Shown piece after piece: positions 27,481 through 41,240 of a stretch of 64,000 nt of DNA (positions within the stretch are counted from its first letter, which is position 1; every line of letters begins with the position of its first letter). The stretch covers positions 19,716,001 through 19,780,000 of the forward strand of contig OX597815.1 of NCBI GenBank assembly GCA_951406725.2, read 5' to 3'. Source of the stretch: Octopus vulgaris (taxonomy: Eukaryota). The notes under the pieces are model-generated. The model did not search any database. It was not told the DNA's origin and worked only from the letters and a program-made list of their open reading frames with translations. A program made the position numbers and the translations under genes.

Positions 27481-28020
27481 GTTTGTGTGTGTTTGGTAGG
27501 AGTGACGATATGTGTGGAGGTGTTGTTATGTGTGTGGGTGTGAGCTTCCGTACAGGGGTGTGGAAACTGTATATCTTAGTGAAAGGAAGAGGGCGATTGG
27601 TAGATATGAAGATATATATAGCTACATAATTGTATGTATGGGTATGTACATAAATATGCATACAGTCGATTGCCTATTAATATGTGGATCGATGAATATT
27701 ATATCTCTGAGCGTGTTTATATGTATGTCTGTGTGCGTTTTGTGGGTGTGAGTATGTGTAGAGAGTATGTGTACAGAGTGTGCATGTGTGCGCTTGTAGG
27801 AATAGGATTTTGTATGTATATGTTGCACAATTTCAATAGAAATAATGTAGGAATTCACTATTATAATCTTATGCACTCGTGTGTTAGTGGTTAGGTTTTT
27901 TTTTTCTTTTTATAATTCTGCAGTCCCTTCCACCTCAACCCTTAGTCTTCTTAGCTGTTTTCCAATAAATGTAACTACTACTAGTACAACTACTACTAAT
28001 GCAAATACTATATATCATCA

Positions 28021-28066
<46 letters not shown>

Positions 28067-29666
28067 TATTATTATTAGTCCTTTCTATATTTAACCCTAA
28101 GGCCAGCAATTTTGGGGGAGGGGTTTAGTCGACTGCGTTGCCCCAATGATCCACTAGTACTCACTTTATCGAACTCAGAACATAACACCGGAAGAAATGA
28201 CCCCCAAGTATTTTGTCAGGCACGCTAACAATTCTGCCGCCTTAATAATATTATTAAGACCGCTATGCCCTGATGCAGTACCAGGCAGTGCTCCTATGGC
28301 TTCTGATCTTAAATGATTGGAAGTGTTATCATATACATTGTTTTGTTTTGATATAAAAGATGGGTTACAGCAAATATTCTGCTCAAAGCAGTTATTTGAC
28401 ATTAACCAGTCGAGCATGTCCTTTGGTATCTGATGATATATCGCCTACTTGTGAAGATTTTCAAAATTTTCACACCTTACCTAACCATATAGAAATGTAG
28501 GTAGCTTCCACGTGCATCGACTAACTGAAATCTGCGCCAAAATTGTGATATGTCAAGGACCAACGTTAACACAAGTATTTTTAGCTGCGACCCTTGTTTG
28601 TCTTTTTCCATGTAATGCCACACTAGCTTGGTTTCTCTAGTTTCGCTCGTCCTCACTCTTAAAGACCTGACACATGCTTCGCATGCCCTGCTCCAGAACA
28701 CTCATCCTGTCACACACCGTTCTCCAACTTCTATGCTGAAAAACCTATAGGAACATATCACCTTCTCCCTCGACTTTTCCCTGAAGAATTCCACATGTCA
28801 AAAAACTCTTGTTTGTAACAACACTATATCTGGAGCTAATCGATATTCAGTAGTTCCTCTTGGCTTGCAACACTAGCATAGCAAATTAGTTGTAGTTGCT
28901 GTTATTGTTGATAATGGTGCTTTTGTTGATGTCATTTATGTTTTATTTATCAAATCATGACGCTCTGAGCCATGTGCTGTGCCTCTTTGATTTTGTCATT
29001 TTCCCCTCTTTTATTTTACGAAATTTCAATCAGTTTTTATATTTAAAAAACAAATTGGTAGGGTTCGTGTTCGTCGTTATACTTTCGCTGTTAGTATCTC
29101 CTCTCTCTACCCCACTAGAGACCATATTAAACAACAACTAAACAAAGCAAAACATATTTGCAAAACATGAAAAGTTTAATGTCACATTTTAACACTATTT
29201 TTACTTTTATTTTTATTATTGTTGAGTTGTTTTTGTTCTTATTATTAAATTGTTGTTTTGGGTACATTTTAAATTTCATTTTAATTTAACACTTTTAAAA
29301 ATCTTCTGCATTAAATACTACTATGAAATAGAAATAGTACAAACTCACATGTACAGAGGATGGCTACATATTAACACAAGCTAATAAAAGCATTGCATGA
29401 TATTCATTACGATATTACATTATTATATTCTAGTAATATTGATTTATTCCATCCCCCAAAAGGCCACGAATTTATCGTGTCGAAGTGCAGCGCAGTATAT
29501 CATTGGTGCATTTTGATCCAGCCTTCAAGGTAAAATACAAAAATGATACCGTCGAGATCTGAACTCAGAATTTTAGTTCAAGAGGATAAGTTATGTAAAG
29601 TTTTGTAGTCTTTCGATTCTACCATGTTTTACCCTTCATATCCCTTGTTAGTTAGAAGACATTAAC

Positions 29667-29858
29667 TTTCATCATACAGGGTCAATAAAATGAGTACCAG
29701 TCAAGCACTGGGGTCGATTCAATCGACTTACCACCTCCACAGAAACTTTTGACATTGCGCCAAAATTTTAAACCAATATACTACAGACTTCCTTGTTATT
29801 TATACTATCATCAAATAGGACACTAGACCTTTGAATCTGGGTGTTCCACATTCACTGC
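29667..29858 (+). repeat. Old SINE B 3' part plus ~80 bp flank, duplicated at 31486-31678
   Basis: Colinear match to 31486-31678 ending at GGGTGTTCCACATTCACTGCA. Confidence 0.85.
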
Positions 29859-30540
29859 AAAATAAAAAGACACTGCTATCTACTTATATCTCTTTACAAA
29901 ATCGTACTAAGGCTAGCTGTGCTTGTCACCTTACCGGGTGTGATAAAGCAAGTACTAGTCAGGTACTGGATCGATCGTATACAGTATAACCCTTCACTAC
30001 ATATCTTTATAAAAATCAATAACTATTACTTAAGGTAAGTGCTACCGACCTACATATTTTGATGAAGGACCGAATATATGCTATGGCACGTTATATTAGA
30101 AGAATTGTGCATGGATGAATCAACAGTATGCTGAACTGGTTGCCAAGTTCGTATATTGATGCTGCCAATATATAATGTTCACAAGAATTATGATTATGCC
30201 ACAACTGAATTCAGCTCACCTAATGTTTGTTTCACACGTTTATACAATTTTTCTGCAGTAGAAATCTTGCAAAATTAACGATTGTTTCGTTAAAAGAAAG
30301 TACATATTTGTAGATGTAAAGATGTTAATAGGTACTCATTCGTTCACATTACTTCGTTGAATATCTTCATTAAGGCCTAAAATTAAGCCTAAGCCCATCA
30401 CCAAAACTGCTACTTATAACTCCACCAAAAAATACATACACTCAGAGGAGCATGGACATCACAGTAACTTCTGTATTTTGAGCAAACTTTGTATTACGCA
30501 GCCAGGCAGATGGACAGTTAGAAACGTAGACAGACAGACC

Positions 30541-30634
<94 letters not shown>

Positions 30635-31033
30635 CAGAACTGCATTATTAAATCTATTCTGGTGTTTCAAGTCCATGCAAAAATTGTACGAACTTTTTCA
30701 TTTTGATAATTTTGAAACATATTTCAATCTCTAGATCAGTCATGGTAAAGTGTAGTATCAACTCAGGTCGAACCCTCGTGTGGTACTCATAACGAATGGT
30801 TTTATGATGACCATCACCGCAAGCATAGTGTTGACGTAGAAAATCTAGGCCAGTTATCCTGAACCTTTCCGTTATAATCTTAAGAACAATTTAACTCATT
30901 TCTGTATGGTAGAGAAATATTGGTGCTGCTTCTACTAATTTGAGTAAGATTTGTCCCTAACAGTCAGTATTAAGTTACAGCCAGGTTACGTGGACAATTG
31001 GTATTTATGTGACTTGTCCAACAGCAGTAACAG

Positions 31034-31356
31034 GAGGTGCAATGGCCCAGTGGTTTGGGCAGTAGACTCGTTAGGGCGTTGTGTGTGTTTATTGAGCGAA
31101 AACACCTAAAGCTCCACGAGGCTCCGGCAGGGGGTGGTGGCGACCCCCGTTGTACTCTTTCGCCCCAACTTTCTCTCACTCTTTCTTCCTGTTTCTTGTC
31201 CCCGGCTTTCTACACAACCTCTTAGCCTGGATGTGCATTCATCCATCCGTCGATGCTCTCGGTGTCGGGGGTTGACCTGCTTTCTCTTCTGTGGGTCTTA
31301 CGAATGGCAAAGGACCACGTTTCGGACATCTCCCATCTTACGAGTTCGCTCAACAG
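31034..31356 (+). mobile_element. tRNA-headed SINE family C with 15-bp TSD
   Basis: Box A TGGCCCAGTGG; flanked by CAACAGCAGTAACAG at 31019-31033 and 31357-31371. Confidence 0.75.
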
Positions 31357-32055
31357 CAACAGCAGTAACAGCCAACGAACTACAAACGCTGTGGCTGTCA
31401 ATTCAACATTATTGATACACTAACGTGTCGGGCAAAATGCTTAGCAGCTTTTCTGAGTTCAAATGCCATCTGGATCAATATTACCTTTCATCATTCAGGG
31501 TCAATAAAATAAGTACCAATCGAGCACTGGGGTCGATATAATCGACTTACCACCTCCTCAGAAACTGCTGACCTTGCGCCAAAATTTTAAACCAATATAC
31601 TATAGACTTCCTTGTTATTTATACTATCATCTCATAGAACACTGGACCTTTGAATCTGGGTGTTCCACATTCACTGCAGTTGCATCTATAAATTTCTCAC
31701 AAGCCTTTCTTTTACTCAGTTTTCTCTTTTCAGCGTAAAAATAGTCTTTCCTTAAAGTCCTCATTAGAGAATCAGTTGGTTTGTTACATAATTAAATTCT
31801 CCATAACTTCTCTATTACATTATATACTAATATCAATGGCAAGTATGAACAAAAAATGTGGGACTAGTTTTTAAGTAAAATTATGTTGACAACAAAATAT
31901 ATCAGAAAATTAGTATGGACTGACTAACGTAGATTGTTCTTTATATATAAACCATAGTTAAAGTGATCACAAATGGGTATTTTGACTTTGTAATTAATAT
32001 TTAGTTTTAAATATTTACATTTGACGGATATTTGTCCTCATCTTGTTTGTTGTTT

Positions 32056-32101
32056 AACACAACGTTTCGGCTGATATACCCTCCAGCCTTCATCAGGCGT
32101 C
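32056..32101 (-). ncRNA. Minimal type I hammerhead ribozyme with intact core
   Basis: GACGC CUGAUGA A GGCUG-GAGGGUAUAU-CAGCC GAAA CG UU GUGUU; palindromic AACGUU at stem III. Confidence 0.75.
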
Positions 32102-32241
32102 TTGGGAAAATTTCGAAACTTGGGTTCTCATTCCTAAGGTATTTTTCGATGTTATTATTATTATACCCGTGGGCATATGACGTAGTGGTTAAGCACATGG
32201 GCTACTAACTCCAATATTCCGAGTTCGATTCCAGGAAGTGA

Positions 32242-32309
<68 letters not shown>

Positions 32310-32375
32310 GTAATAATAATAATAACATCGAAAAATATCTTAGGAATGAGAACCCAGGTTCGAAATTTCCCCCAA

Positions 32376-32421
32376 GACACTTGATGAGGGCTGGAAGGTA
32401 TATCAGCCGAAACGCTGTGTT
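32376..32421 (+). ncRNA. Minimal hammerhead, mutated (C3U, U16.1C)
   Basis: GACAC UUGAUGA G GGCUG-10nt-CAGCC GAAA CG CU GUGUU. Confidence 0.6.
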
Positions 32422-33117
32422 AACAACAAACAAGATGAGGACAAATATCCATCAAATGTAAATAATGTAAATAATTCTTCATATCCTAAATATAGAATTG
32501 TATTGATATTTAGTGTTTATAAAAAGAAACTTTCACTCATTATTATGCATGTGCAATACGTTTATTCTTCAAGTTCTTAAGTTGCTTCTTTCAGGCCATA
32601 CTTTTATAAAGGCTTATGGCGTCAACATTTTGGATAGGAGAAAAGAGAACGTGTGACAGTCATGTTTTTTTTCTCAAGCAGGTCCGATTTCACAGTGAAA
32701 GAAACAAGTTTCAAAAATGGTCGAAGTGGATTATCGGACATATCTCGTCAAGAATTTACCACCAAGTTTCTACTATCTTAAACCAGGCAGTCAACTGAAA
32801 TAATTATGTCAAAACAGAGTTTAAAAATGAGAAAAGTAAATTACTAGAATGTACTTATATTTCTATGCTCCTAACTATTTATGTTCATGATTTTTTTTAC
32901 TGCTGTTTATTCCTTTTATATGTCTAATTAATATTATTTCTTGTTCATGTATGTTTAACTTCTATCAACTATATTCATCGCTTTCAGTTTGTTGCGGATA
33001 ATATGGCAATGATCATTATATATCATTATGAAACCATTATCCATAAATCACTTTATTCCAAAGTTTATTTATTCATTCAATTTATACAATTTTCAATTCA
33101 ATTGTCCCTATTTCACG

Positions 33118-33183
<66 letters not shown>

Positions 33184-33236
33184 CATAAATACTTACATAC
33201 ATAATACACACACACAAATATATATGTGTATATATA

Positions 33237-33277
<41 letters not shown>

Positions 33278-34899
33278 GCATATATATATATGTGTGTGTG
33301 TGTGTGTGTAATTTCATAACATTAACTCAAGAATTGTTGTTTGAACCTCCTCCTTTCTGAATCTTGCTCTCCTTCGATTATGGTAAACCTTCACCGCTTC
33401 ATATACTAAGGATTTGATAGGGTTTGTTCGATCAGGGCTTGTTTGTGGGACGGGATGGGGCTAACCAACTGCAACATGAGGATCAAAAGACGAGGAAAAC
33501 ACACCAGGTGATTGTCTTCACTTACTGAGAAAACACTCTGCTTGTCATCGGCTCAACAGAAGATACAATCCACGCTTACATGGTTCCAATTCTTAATATT
33601 CCCAGCCAACTACTGTTTTTATTGAAATGACTGCTTCATTTTTTTTTATTCTTCTCACATTTTCCCATGATTCGCGTGTCTAATAGTATCATGTTTTACA
33701 TAGCAAAAGAAGCCCTTATCCCTTAATGTCAATATTGTCAATTCTATGTAAGAAAAGAAATTTCAAACAAATCGTGACGCGGGACACTCTCAAAAACTTA
33801 CAGACTTCTAATGACCCACAAATACATTAAGTATTAAAATATCTTTAGAAGTTTGTGGCCTATTTATGGACCACTGCTCATATGTTGTTGACTTTTGATC
33901 AAATCTTTAATAAAGTTATACAGGAATCTCTTCCAAGCTAAGATATATTTCATTTCTGAGCTGATGTTGATTCGCTATAAGACATGAACACATTATTTAA
34001 AGAAAGTTGTCTTATTGCATTCTCTTTCGGGTAAATAAGCTTTCAAAAGGTCTTACATATATAGCCTATGTGGTCAAAAAAATCTACTTCCAACCTGTCT
34101 AGACTTCTTCTACCCTTGCCATACTAGGCTTCTTTCAAGTCCAACCTCTCATTGCGATCTTTTTTTTTATTATTTTCTATACTCCTCTAATGATTATATT
34201 CTTCAATATTGCACTAAGTCGTCGTCTTACAATAAATTGACATATAATTATTCTCGAGTCATGTTAGACATAATAATTTCGTTTATAATCACCATTTTCC
34301 TAATCGATAGAGTATTTCAAGCAATCGACACGACCATTTCCCTGTGCGCAATAAAACAGAAATAGGTAAAGCTTTCATACTCACACATTTACACACACAC
34401 ACGAATATATATATATATATTATGTACATGTTTATATATATATATACATATATATCTATGTGCGTATCTCTTCATGTATATATATATATATATATATATA
34501 TGCGTATGTATGTGTGTGTAAACATGCATGTATGTGTGTGCATGTGTGTGAGAGAGAGAGTGTGTGTGTTATTCGTAATATGAAAGCGAAAGCTCTTGCA
34601 ATTTTAATGACCTCAGAAACTTATCCGGAACTGAACCAGAAATTCATAAGGAAAAGTCTTTAATAGGAAATATTACAATCGGGTCCAATTGTGACTTGAA
34701 TAAAACCACATACAAACACACACACACGAACAACCACACACGTGCAGGCACACACAAGCATACACACTCACATACACACATACACTCAAATACACACATT
34801 CTTATATATCCACACACACACTCACACATGAAGAAATAATTGAGATTCGGTTGGGTTAGGTACTTAATTTGAAGCACCAAGTCAGTCCGGTATTAACCA

Positions 34900-35237
34900 C
34901 ACATTTTGAAGTAAGGTGAATAAAATCAAAACAAGCAACAGGATATCAATTAGTGATGCAGTACGACCGTTTCAAGCGGCGCCATTTAATTGAACAATCC
35001 AATCATTACATCGATTTCAATGCAGTGACATCATCAGCTGAACTATTAAATAAAGTTTTAACCAGTTGGACACATTGAAATAATTTTTCTCAAATGCTTT
35101 AACAGAGGAATAAGATTGAAGAAATTCATGTTATCGCTATGGTAGCTAAGAATACACAACACTTCGAACAATGGCATGAAACCCACTGGGATCATGGTTT
35201 TTAAAGGATAGTGCTTATAAACATATATATAAACGTA

Positions 35238-35292
<55 letters not shown>

Positions 35293-35910
35293 CTATCTAT
35301 CTATCTATTTGTCTATGCCTGTCGATCTATCCATGTTATATATTGAAATATATATGCATATATAAATATACATATGTATGTTTACATATGTATACATCAT
35401 ATATGTATGTATATATTCCTATCCCTAAATGTAGAGTAATGATTGGAAATTCTTTTAGATAACTAAGAAGAGTTATCTATATATAAAAAAGACATGGGTA
35501 CCTGAAGTAATTTTACACTGATATATATAATTTTAGAGTTACTTGACATAAACTTAATTCTATTTGAATTGACTTCAGAGACAATAACCTTGTTATAATA
35601 TTTCTAGCGGGGATGGATGGTATTAGCTAAATTAATGTTAGTATTAGTAAATGTATTCTTATTTAACAGGCTAATACTATGTGAGGAGATCATTTGTAAG
35701 AGCTTTTTTGTGTTGGAAAAACCAATCCTAACCGTGTGCAAGTTGATAATAGAATAATACCTAAAATTCTTTGGAAAATTCCTAATAATAGCTTCTCGAA
35801 ACTGCAAAAGAAGATTAGATTTAATTTGCTTCCCATAAGGAACAAGTAACCAAAATGTTTTACTATTAGTTACCTTATTTTTAGTGTAACTATCTTTAAA
35901 TGACATCGAT
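34900..35910 (-). mobile_element. Penelope-like element remnant (RT-EN linker, GIY-YIG endonuclease, 3' end)
   Basis: FWLLVPYGKQIKSNLLLQFREAIIRNFPKNFRYYSIINLHTVRIGFSNTKKLLQMISSH matches the PLE linker (W.NPPY...KHFP..IFN..T.K.SYS...I.SH); then, with frameshifts, IYQCKITS...YID...SKRISNHYSTFR (GIY-YIG); interrupted by microsatellite 35210-35415. Confidence 0.75.
34956..35043 (-). ncRNA. Hammerhead-like motif at the PLE 3' end, with long stem II region
   Basis: GUUCAG CUGAUGA ...~57 nt... GAAA CGGUCG UA CUGCAU; core intact, stem I partial, base of stem II unclear. Confidence 0.45.
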
Positions 35911-36032
35911 TTACCTTTAGAATGAAAAAAGGGGTTAAATAAGGGTTTGCTACTCTGGTAACTATTTATCTATTTTTTCCGTGTTAATTGTAAACAAAGG
36001 AAAAATACATACATCTATTTATATATATAAAC

Positions 36033-36070
<38 letters not shown>

Positions 36071-36072
<2 letters not shown>

Positions 36073-36143
36073 GTTTATATATTTGTTGTGCAAGATTCAT
36101 TGGCTAAACTGGCAAAATGACCATTCCGAAATATAACAATATA
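36071..36143. repeat. Deleted copy of the foldback element at 43421-43550
   Basis: ACGTTTA.ATATTTGTTGTGCAAGATT joined to ATTGGCTAAACTGGCAAAATGACCATTCCGAAATATAACAATAT, inside (TA)n. Confidence 0.75.
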
Positions 36144-36146
36144 TAC

Positions 36147-36203
<57 letters not shown>

Positions 36204-36288
36204 GTATACATATGTAAACATACATATGTATATATATGCATATATATTTCTATATATAACATGGATAGATTGAAAGGAAAACAGACAA

Positions 36289-36364
<76 letters not shown>

Positions 36365-38027
36365 TGTGACAGGTAGACAGGCCGACAAATAGACAGAGAG
36401 AGATAGACAAACTGCTTTATAAACATGGAAGCGTATACATCTACGTTTGTGTACTTGTATTCAGTTGCATATATCGACAATATTTACAATATTATTCTCA
36501 TATTTGTATTTTTTACTTGTGTCATTCCAAACTACATCGATCAAATCCACAATTTCTAGGCTATTTTGCTCCCTCTCCCTCTCCTTCCCTCTCTCTCTCT
36601 CTCTCTCTGTTCTTTCTCATATACTCTCACTCCATCTCTCTTTCTCTCTCTCTTTCTATATATATATATATATATATACAATAGCTATACGTATTGATAT
36701 TTTAATGTATGCTAAGGTCGCTAACCCTAATAACGAACACTACTAATATAGTGTTAAAGAACTACTATTGGTATATCCCTTAGTGGCGCTTGAATGCTCA
36801 CGTAAGTTATACCTGATCTCTACAAACTGACATTTCACTGATAGTATATTGCAGTAGATTAAACAGTAGTGTGACATATATGTGTTCCTCTCAACTGCTC
36901 AAAGTCATATGTATGTTGTTAATAGACCAAGTGAAATTACTGTGAAGATAATGTTGAGAAAAATATTGATTGACAACGTAAACTGTGGTGAGGTTTATGT
37001 GCATAGCTTTGTGAACAACCTGTATGCCAACGAACTGACGAGCCAACAAACCAATATAGAATCTATGTTGTTTGCTCGCCAGATTTGAAATAGCAAAACT
37101 GTAAGCCTGATATTGGTGTTACTATTGTTAATAATAATTCCACTGAGGAAGAGATTTGTGTCGTTGTTTATTTCTAACCTGTCTAATATCCAATGCAGTT
37201 TGTACCAAAGTGGGTCTTTTTCGCATTCACACTTTTAAGGACAATTCCGTTATTTTAATAAAGACCTGAAAATTCTTTGAGGAAGACTAAGAATAATGAA
37301 TAATGTAAAACTGTTGTATTACAAGGATCAAAGAAGATGATAAACTTTTATGTTAATTGTGGTGCCAATGCTTCAGCAATACTAGCCATAGATTCTCTTT
37401 AAAACTTACCAACGATATAATCTGCTGAAATAAAAAAGAAAAAGTTTCGTGGTTTAGATAAGTTTTATCAGACATGATTTCGTTATTATACAAATTGGTA
37501 ATTTATATTTTGAAGTGATATATCTCAACTCAGATCCGTATATGATATATTCAAGCTATGCATAAAGAAATTTGCTACAAAGTACAGGTTAAAATGTCGA
37601 TAAAATATCAATTCTTCAAACAATTTATTACAGTAGATAAATATTGAAGCTAAGTCTGAGATCTTACGTAAGTGTAATAGAGAAACAAAATTAAAGAAAA
37701 ATTTTTACGAAACATTTTCATAAATTATGAAACATGATTAAATGATTATTTTGAAAAATAGACTAATATTTCTCTTGGAATTTGGGTTGGAATCCATATT
37801 AAATCAATACAAAAACATTGCAGCTTCAATCCTCAATTTACAGAGAACAAGTTGAGATTCTAGCTCAAACCATGACAAAATCCTTGATCATAACTTGTTT
37901 TATGAGAGTACTATTTTAAGAAGAAATGTTTTCCTTCTCTGTGTTGCTATATATTCATTTAATCCGAAAGATTCTTTCCAAAGATTCTTAGACGAAAGAG
38001 AGAAGCTTTGCATTTATTACTATAGAT

Positions 38028-38246
38028 CAGTGGTTTTCAACCAGGTTTCGGCGGAACCTTAGGGTTCCGCCAATACAGTCCAGGGGTTCCGCAAGCAGTT
38101 ACAAAACTGCTAAAATCGGCAGTAATTTTTAATTCTCCTGTGCAGATATGTGTGCATAAGACTATTAAATTATTGCACAGGGGTTCCTCGAGCCAGTGAA
38201 ATGTTTCCTTGGGGTTCCGCTCAAGCAAAAATGTTGAAAAGCACTG
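38028..38246. mobile_element. hAT (Charlie-like) MITE, 219 bp
   Basis: TIRs CAGTGGTTTTCAAC / GTTGAAAAGCACTG; perfect 8-bp TSD CTATAGAT (38020-38027, 38247-38254); internal GGGTTCC repeats. Confidence 0.9.
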
Positions 38247-39715
38247 CTATAGATGAACGTGTGTTTCTGCTCTTTCTTGTATCGAATTATGTATACGCTT
38301 TTACAGATTTGTCTTGATACTTGTGATAAATTTCTTCAGCCCAATATCTTCATATTTGGCTTATAGTGTCAGTAATGTAAGGGTCATTTACTCTAGTCTT
38401 TACAGTAAGAAACAAATTCCTTAGGAGACAAGACTGCGAGGCAAATTATATTCTTATTAAGAAACTATTACAGTTGAAAAATACATGAAGGCCACAGACA
38501 TCACACGTGCAATCGATATTTTCAATATAGACTATGTTTTCAGTTTCTCGCTTTCTACCTTCAACAGTTGGTCGTCTTTAAAATCTGCTACTGTCCTACA
38601 ATTGCTCTCACTCTACTCTTCAATTACTCTTACTCGCCAACGTTCTTTTCTCTTTAATTTCCTTTTTATTTCTCTCTTTTTATCTTTCTTATCTCTTTCT
38701 TCGCACTTCGTTTTTCTCCTTTTCTTCATCTACTTTAGACCAACCCTCATCTTTCTGTCTATGTATCACCTCTCAACTGTGTCACTTTTGTTACGTTATG
38801 TCATATTTTTATTGAAAATTCGATGACATTACGATTAGAACGATTGTCAGCATTTTATATCTTCTAAAAATAAAAATGTTGTCTCGTCAGCTTTTACGAA
38901 ATTTTTTCCTCTGCTACTGTTTCATTATAGAAATCAAGGACAGATATTTGTCATAACACTCCATCTTTATGTAACTGCAGCTGAACATTTGATCAGTTTT
39001 CAGTTTTCTATTTCGACATTTTCTTTTTTGGCAAGATTTCAAAAAGAACTTTAAGTTTTGCCTGATGCAGTAAGTAATGCATCATTGAGATTTCGATGAT
39101 AATCTATCAAATGTTGTGTAATTTAGTCAAACCTGTTTGTGACTGCGTCTAGATTTTAACGCTCTTTATTTGAACTTCTTAAAGATTAGTATAAAAGTAT
39201 AAGAGATGTAGACTTATTATTGTTTCCGCGCATTCAAATAAAATCACAAACCTTACGTTATGGGCTGAGGTGAGTGAATCGTCCCTTGTAGAAGCCTGCT
39301 TCTTTTTATATATTATTTCCCCTAAATACATGAAATTGAAGAATTACTCAGTGAAATGTGGACCGCAGAAATTTTTGCGACTAAACAAAATACTGTGAAG
39401 TGTTTAACTCAGCAGCGTCCCATACGTGCCGTTCCAATCTATTTTGTTTCGCCTTAATGTAAACAGAAGCTTTCAAGAAAGTCACAAGCTAAAACGGTTA
39501 AGACCCAAACTGTTTTGTAGTATTTAGTTATACATTTTTTATTTCTGTTCTCGGTTCAGTTGCCTCTGGGGGCGGTTTTGCTCTTCATTATTCCGAGTTT
39601 GGCCCTATGCCAAAATTATTCCGGGGTCATGCATTACCGTAAATTAACTTAACTATGTTTTTCCCGATTAATGAGTTCATTTTGTAGTATAGTTGTAGAT
39701 ATTTAGTATCGTCAA

Positions 39716-39927
39716 GGCGGCGAGCTGTCAGTATCGTCAGCACGCTGGGCGAAATGCTTAGCGGTATTTCGTCTGCTGTAACGTTCTGGGTTCGATTTCC
39801 GCCGAGGTCGACTTTGACTTTCATCCTTTCACTGTCGAAAAAGTAAGTACCAGTTACGCACTGGGATCGATGTAATCGACTTAATTCCTGCCCTCAAAAT
39901 TTGAGGCCTTGTACTTCCAGTAGAAAG
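39716..39927 (+). mobile_element. Meta/MESC-domain SINE (family B, tail type 2)
   Basis: Full head and core; ~18-bp TSD GATATTTAgtATCGTCAA / GATATTTAacATCGTCAA. Confidence 0.85.
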
Positions 39928-41201
39928 GATATTTAACATCGTCAAAGTATGAGAGAGTAGGTGAATGTCGTTAAAGGTTGACTACTGAACTAAATGCCTA
40001 CATTTAGGTACATCTCTTTAAGTCCTGGTTTCAAACCCCGTCAAATTTAATCATGACACACATCTATTCTGATACGCATTCTAAAATAAGTACCATTCGA
40101 GTAGTGGACCTGGGGCTGGGCATATAACTACCTTTCTCCGTTAAAGTCTGGAGTTATGTGACAACATCGATCAGAAATCAACACCAGGCATAGGGGCATC
40201 TAAAATTCATCAGTATTGTGTCTTCAGCTCAAAGTAAATACCGACATAATTTGTTCTCTCCACCCTTGGTTTGTCGGTGTCATAAGTACCAGTCATGTAT
40301 TAGGGTTGATTCAATTATTAATAATGTGTAACCTTGTACCAATCTTTATTGAATATTTTATGTCACTTTATTTCATGCACTATACTGGCAGCCAAATACG
40401 AGCTGAATACCTTCACGAACATGTGACATACTTTATGTTTTAACAGATTGTAGGAAATTAAGAAGAAAAAAAACACAAGTAGTGCGGGAGTGGGCGAATA
40501 AATTAGAATGATAGTATAAAAAAAGAGAAAAGGGTCAACTTCATTTCAGATAAAATTCATTTAAAGAAAATAGATTAAATAGAAGACCAAAATAGCAGAT
40601 TAATTAAATTTGGAAACATCAAAACAGATGCGAGTAAGATTGAAGAAGATTCAAATTATAAAATAGAATAAAGAAAATAGTTCACTCATTCATGAACCTC
40701 CAACTAGTATTTTAATCGTTGCTGCTCTATCGTTCTCTTTAGCATTTGCCCGCTTCTTTTCTTCTTTATTTGTGTATTATATACAATTGTATATGGTTTT
40801 CGATCGAGGGGAAGCATAGAAGACAAGAGTTAAAGACGACGGTTTAAGAGAAGCAAAATGGAGATTGTTATTGATGATAATGTCGTCAATGTAAAAAAAA
40901 AAAAAAAATTCTAAAAGGTGTGGACACAATCAAAAGAGTATCTCTGAGAATTTTGGTATTTCTAGAGGTCCAAGATTATAAAAGTAGAGGGAAGGACTAC
41001 TATAAAAAGAAATGTGCAAAATAATCGAATGAACTTGGAAAGAAATAAAAATAGATAACTAGCTACTGAATGTTTTTTATTGATGTTTATTGTTTGTTTT
41101 TTGGTAAAGATTCTTTTCTGAAGTCATATATACATACGAACGTGTGTGTGTATACACACACGCATATATATGTACATATATATATATACATATATATCAT
41201 G

Positions 41202-41240
<39 letters not shown>

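Larger units (their letters stand above)
32011..32499. mobile_element. Second palindromic pair of family H1
   Basis: Right arm (+, 32164-32499) is full: tRNA head, (AAT)n, HHR, tail. Left arm (-, 32011-32163) is truncated at the (AAT)n. Confidence 0.85.
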
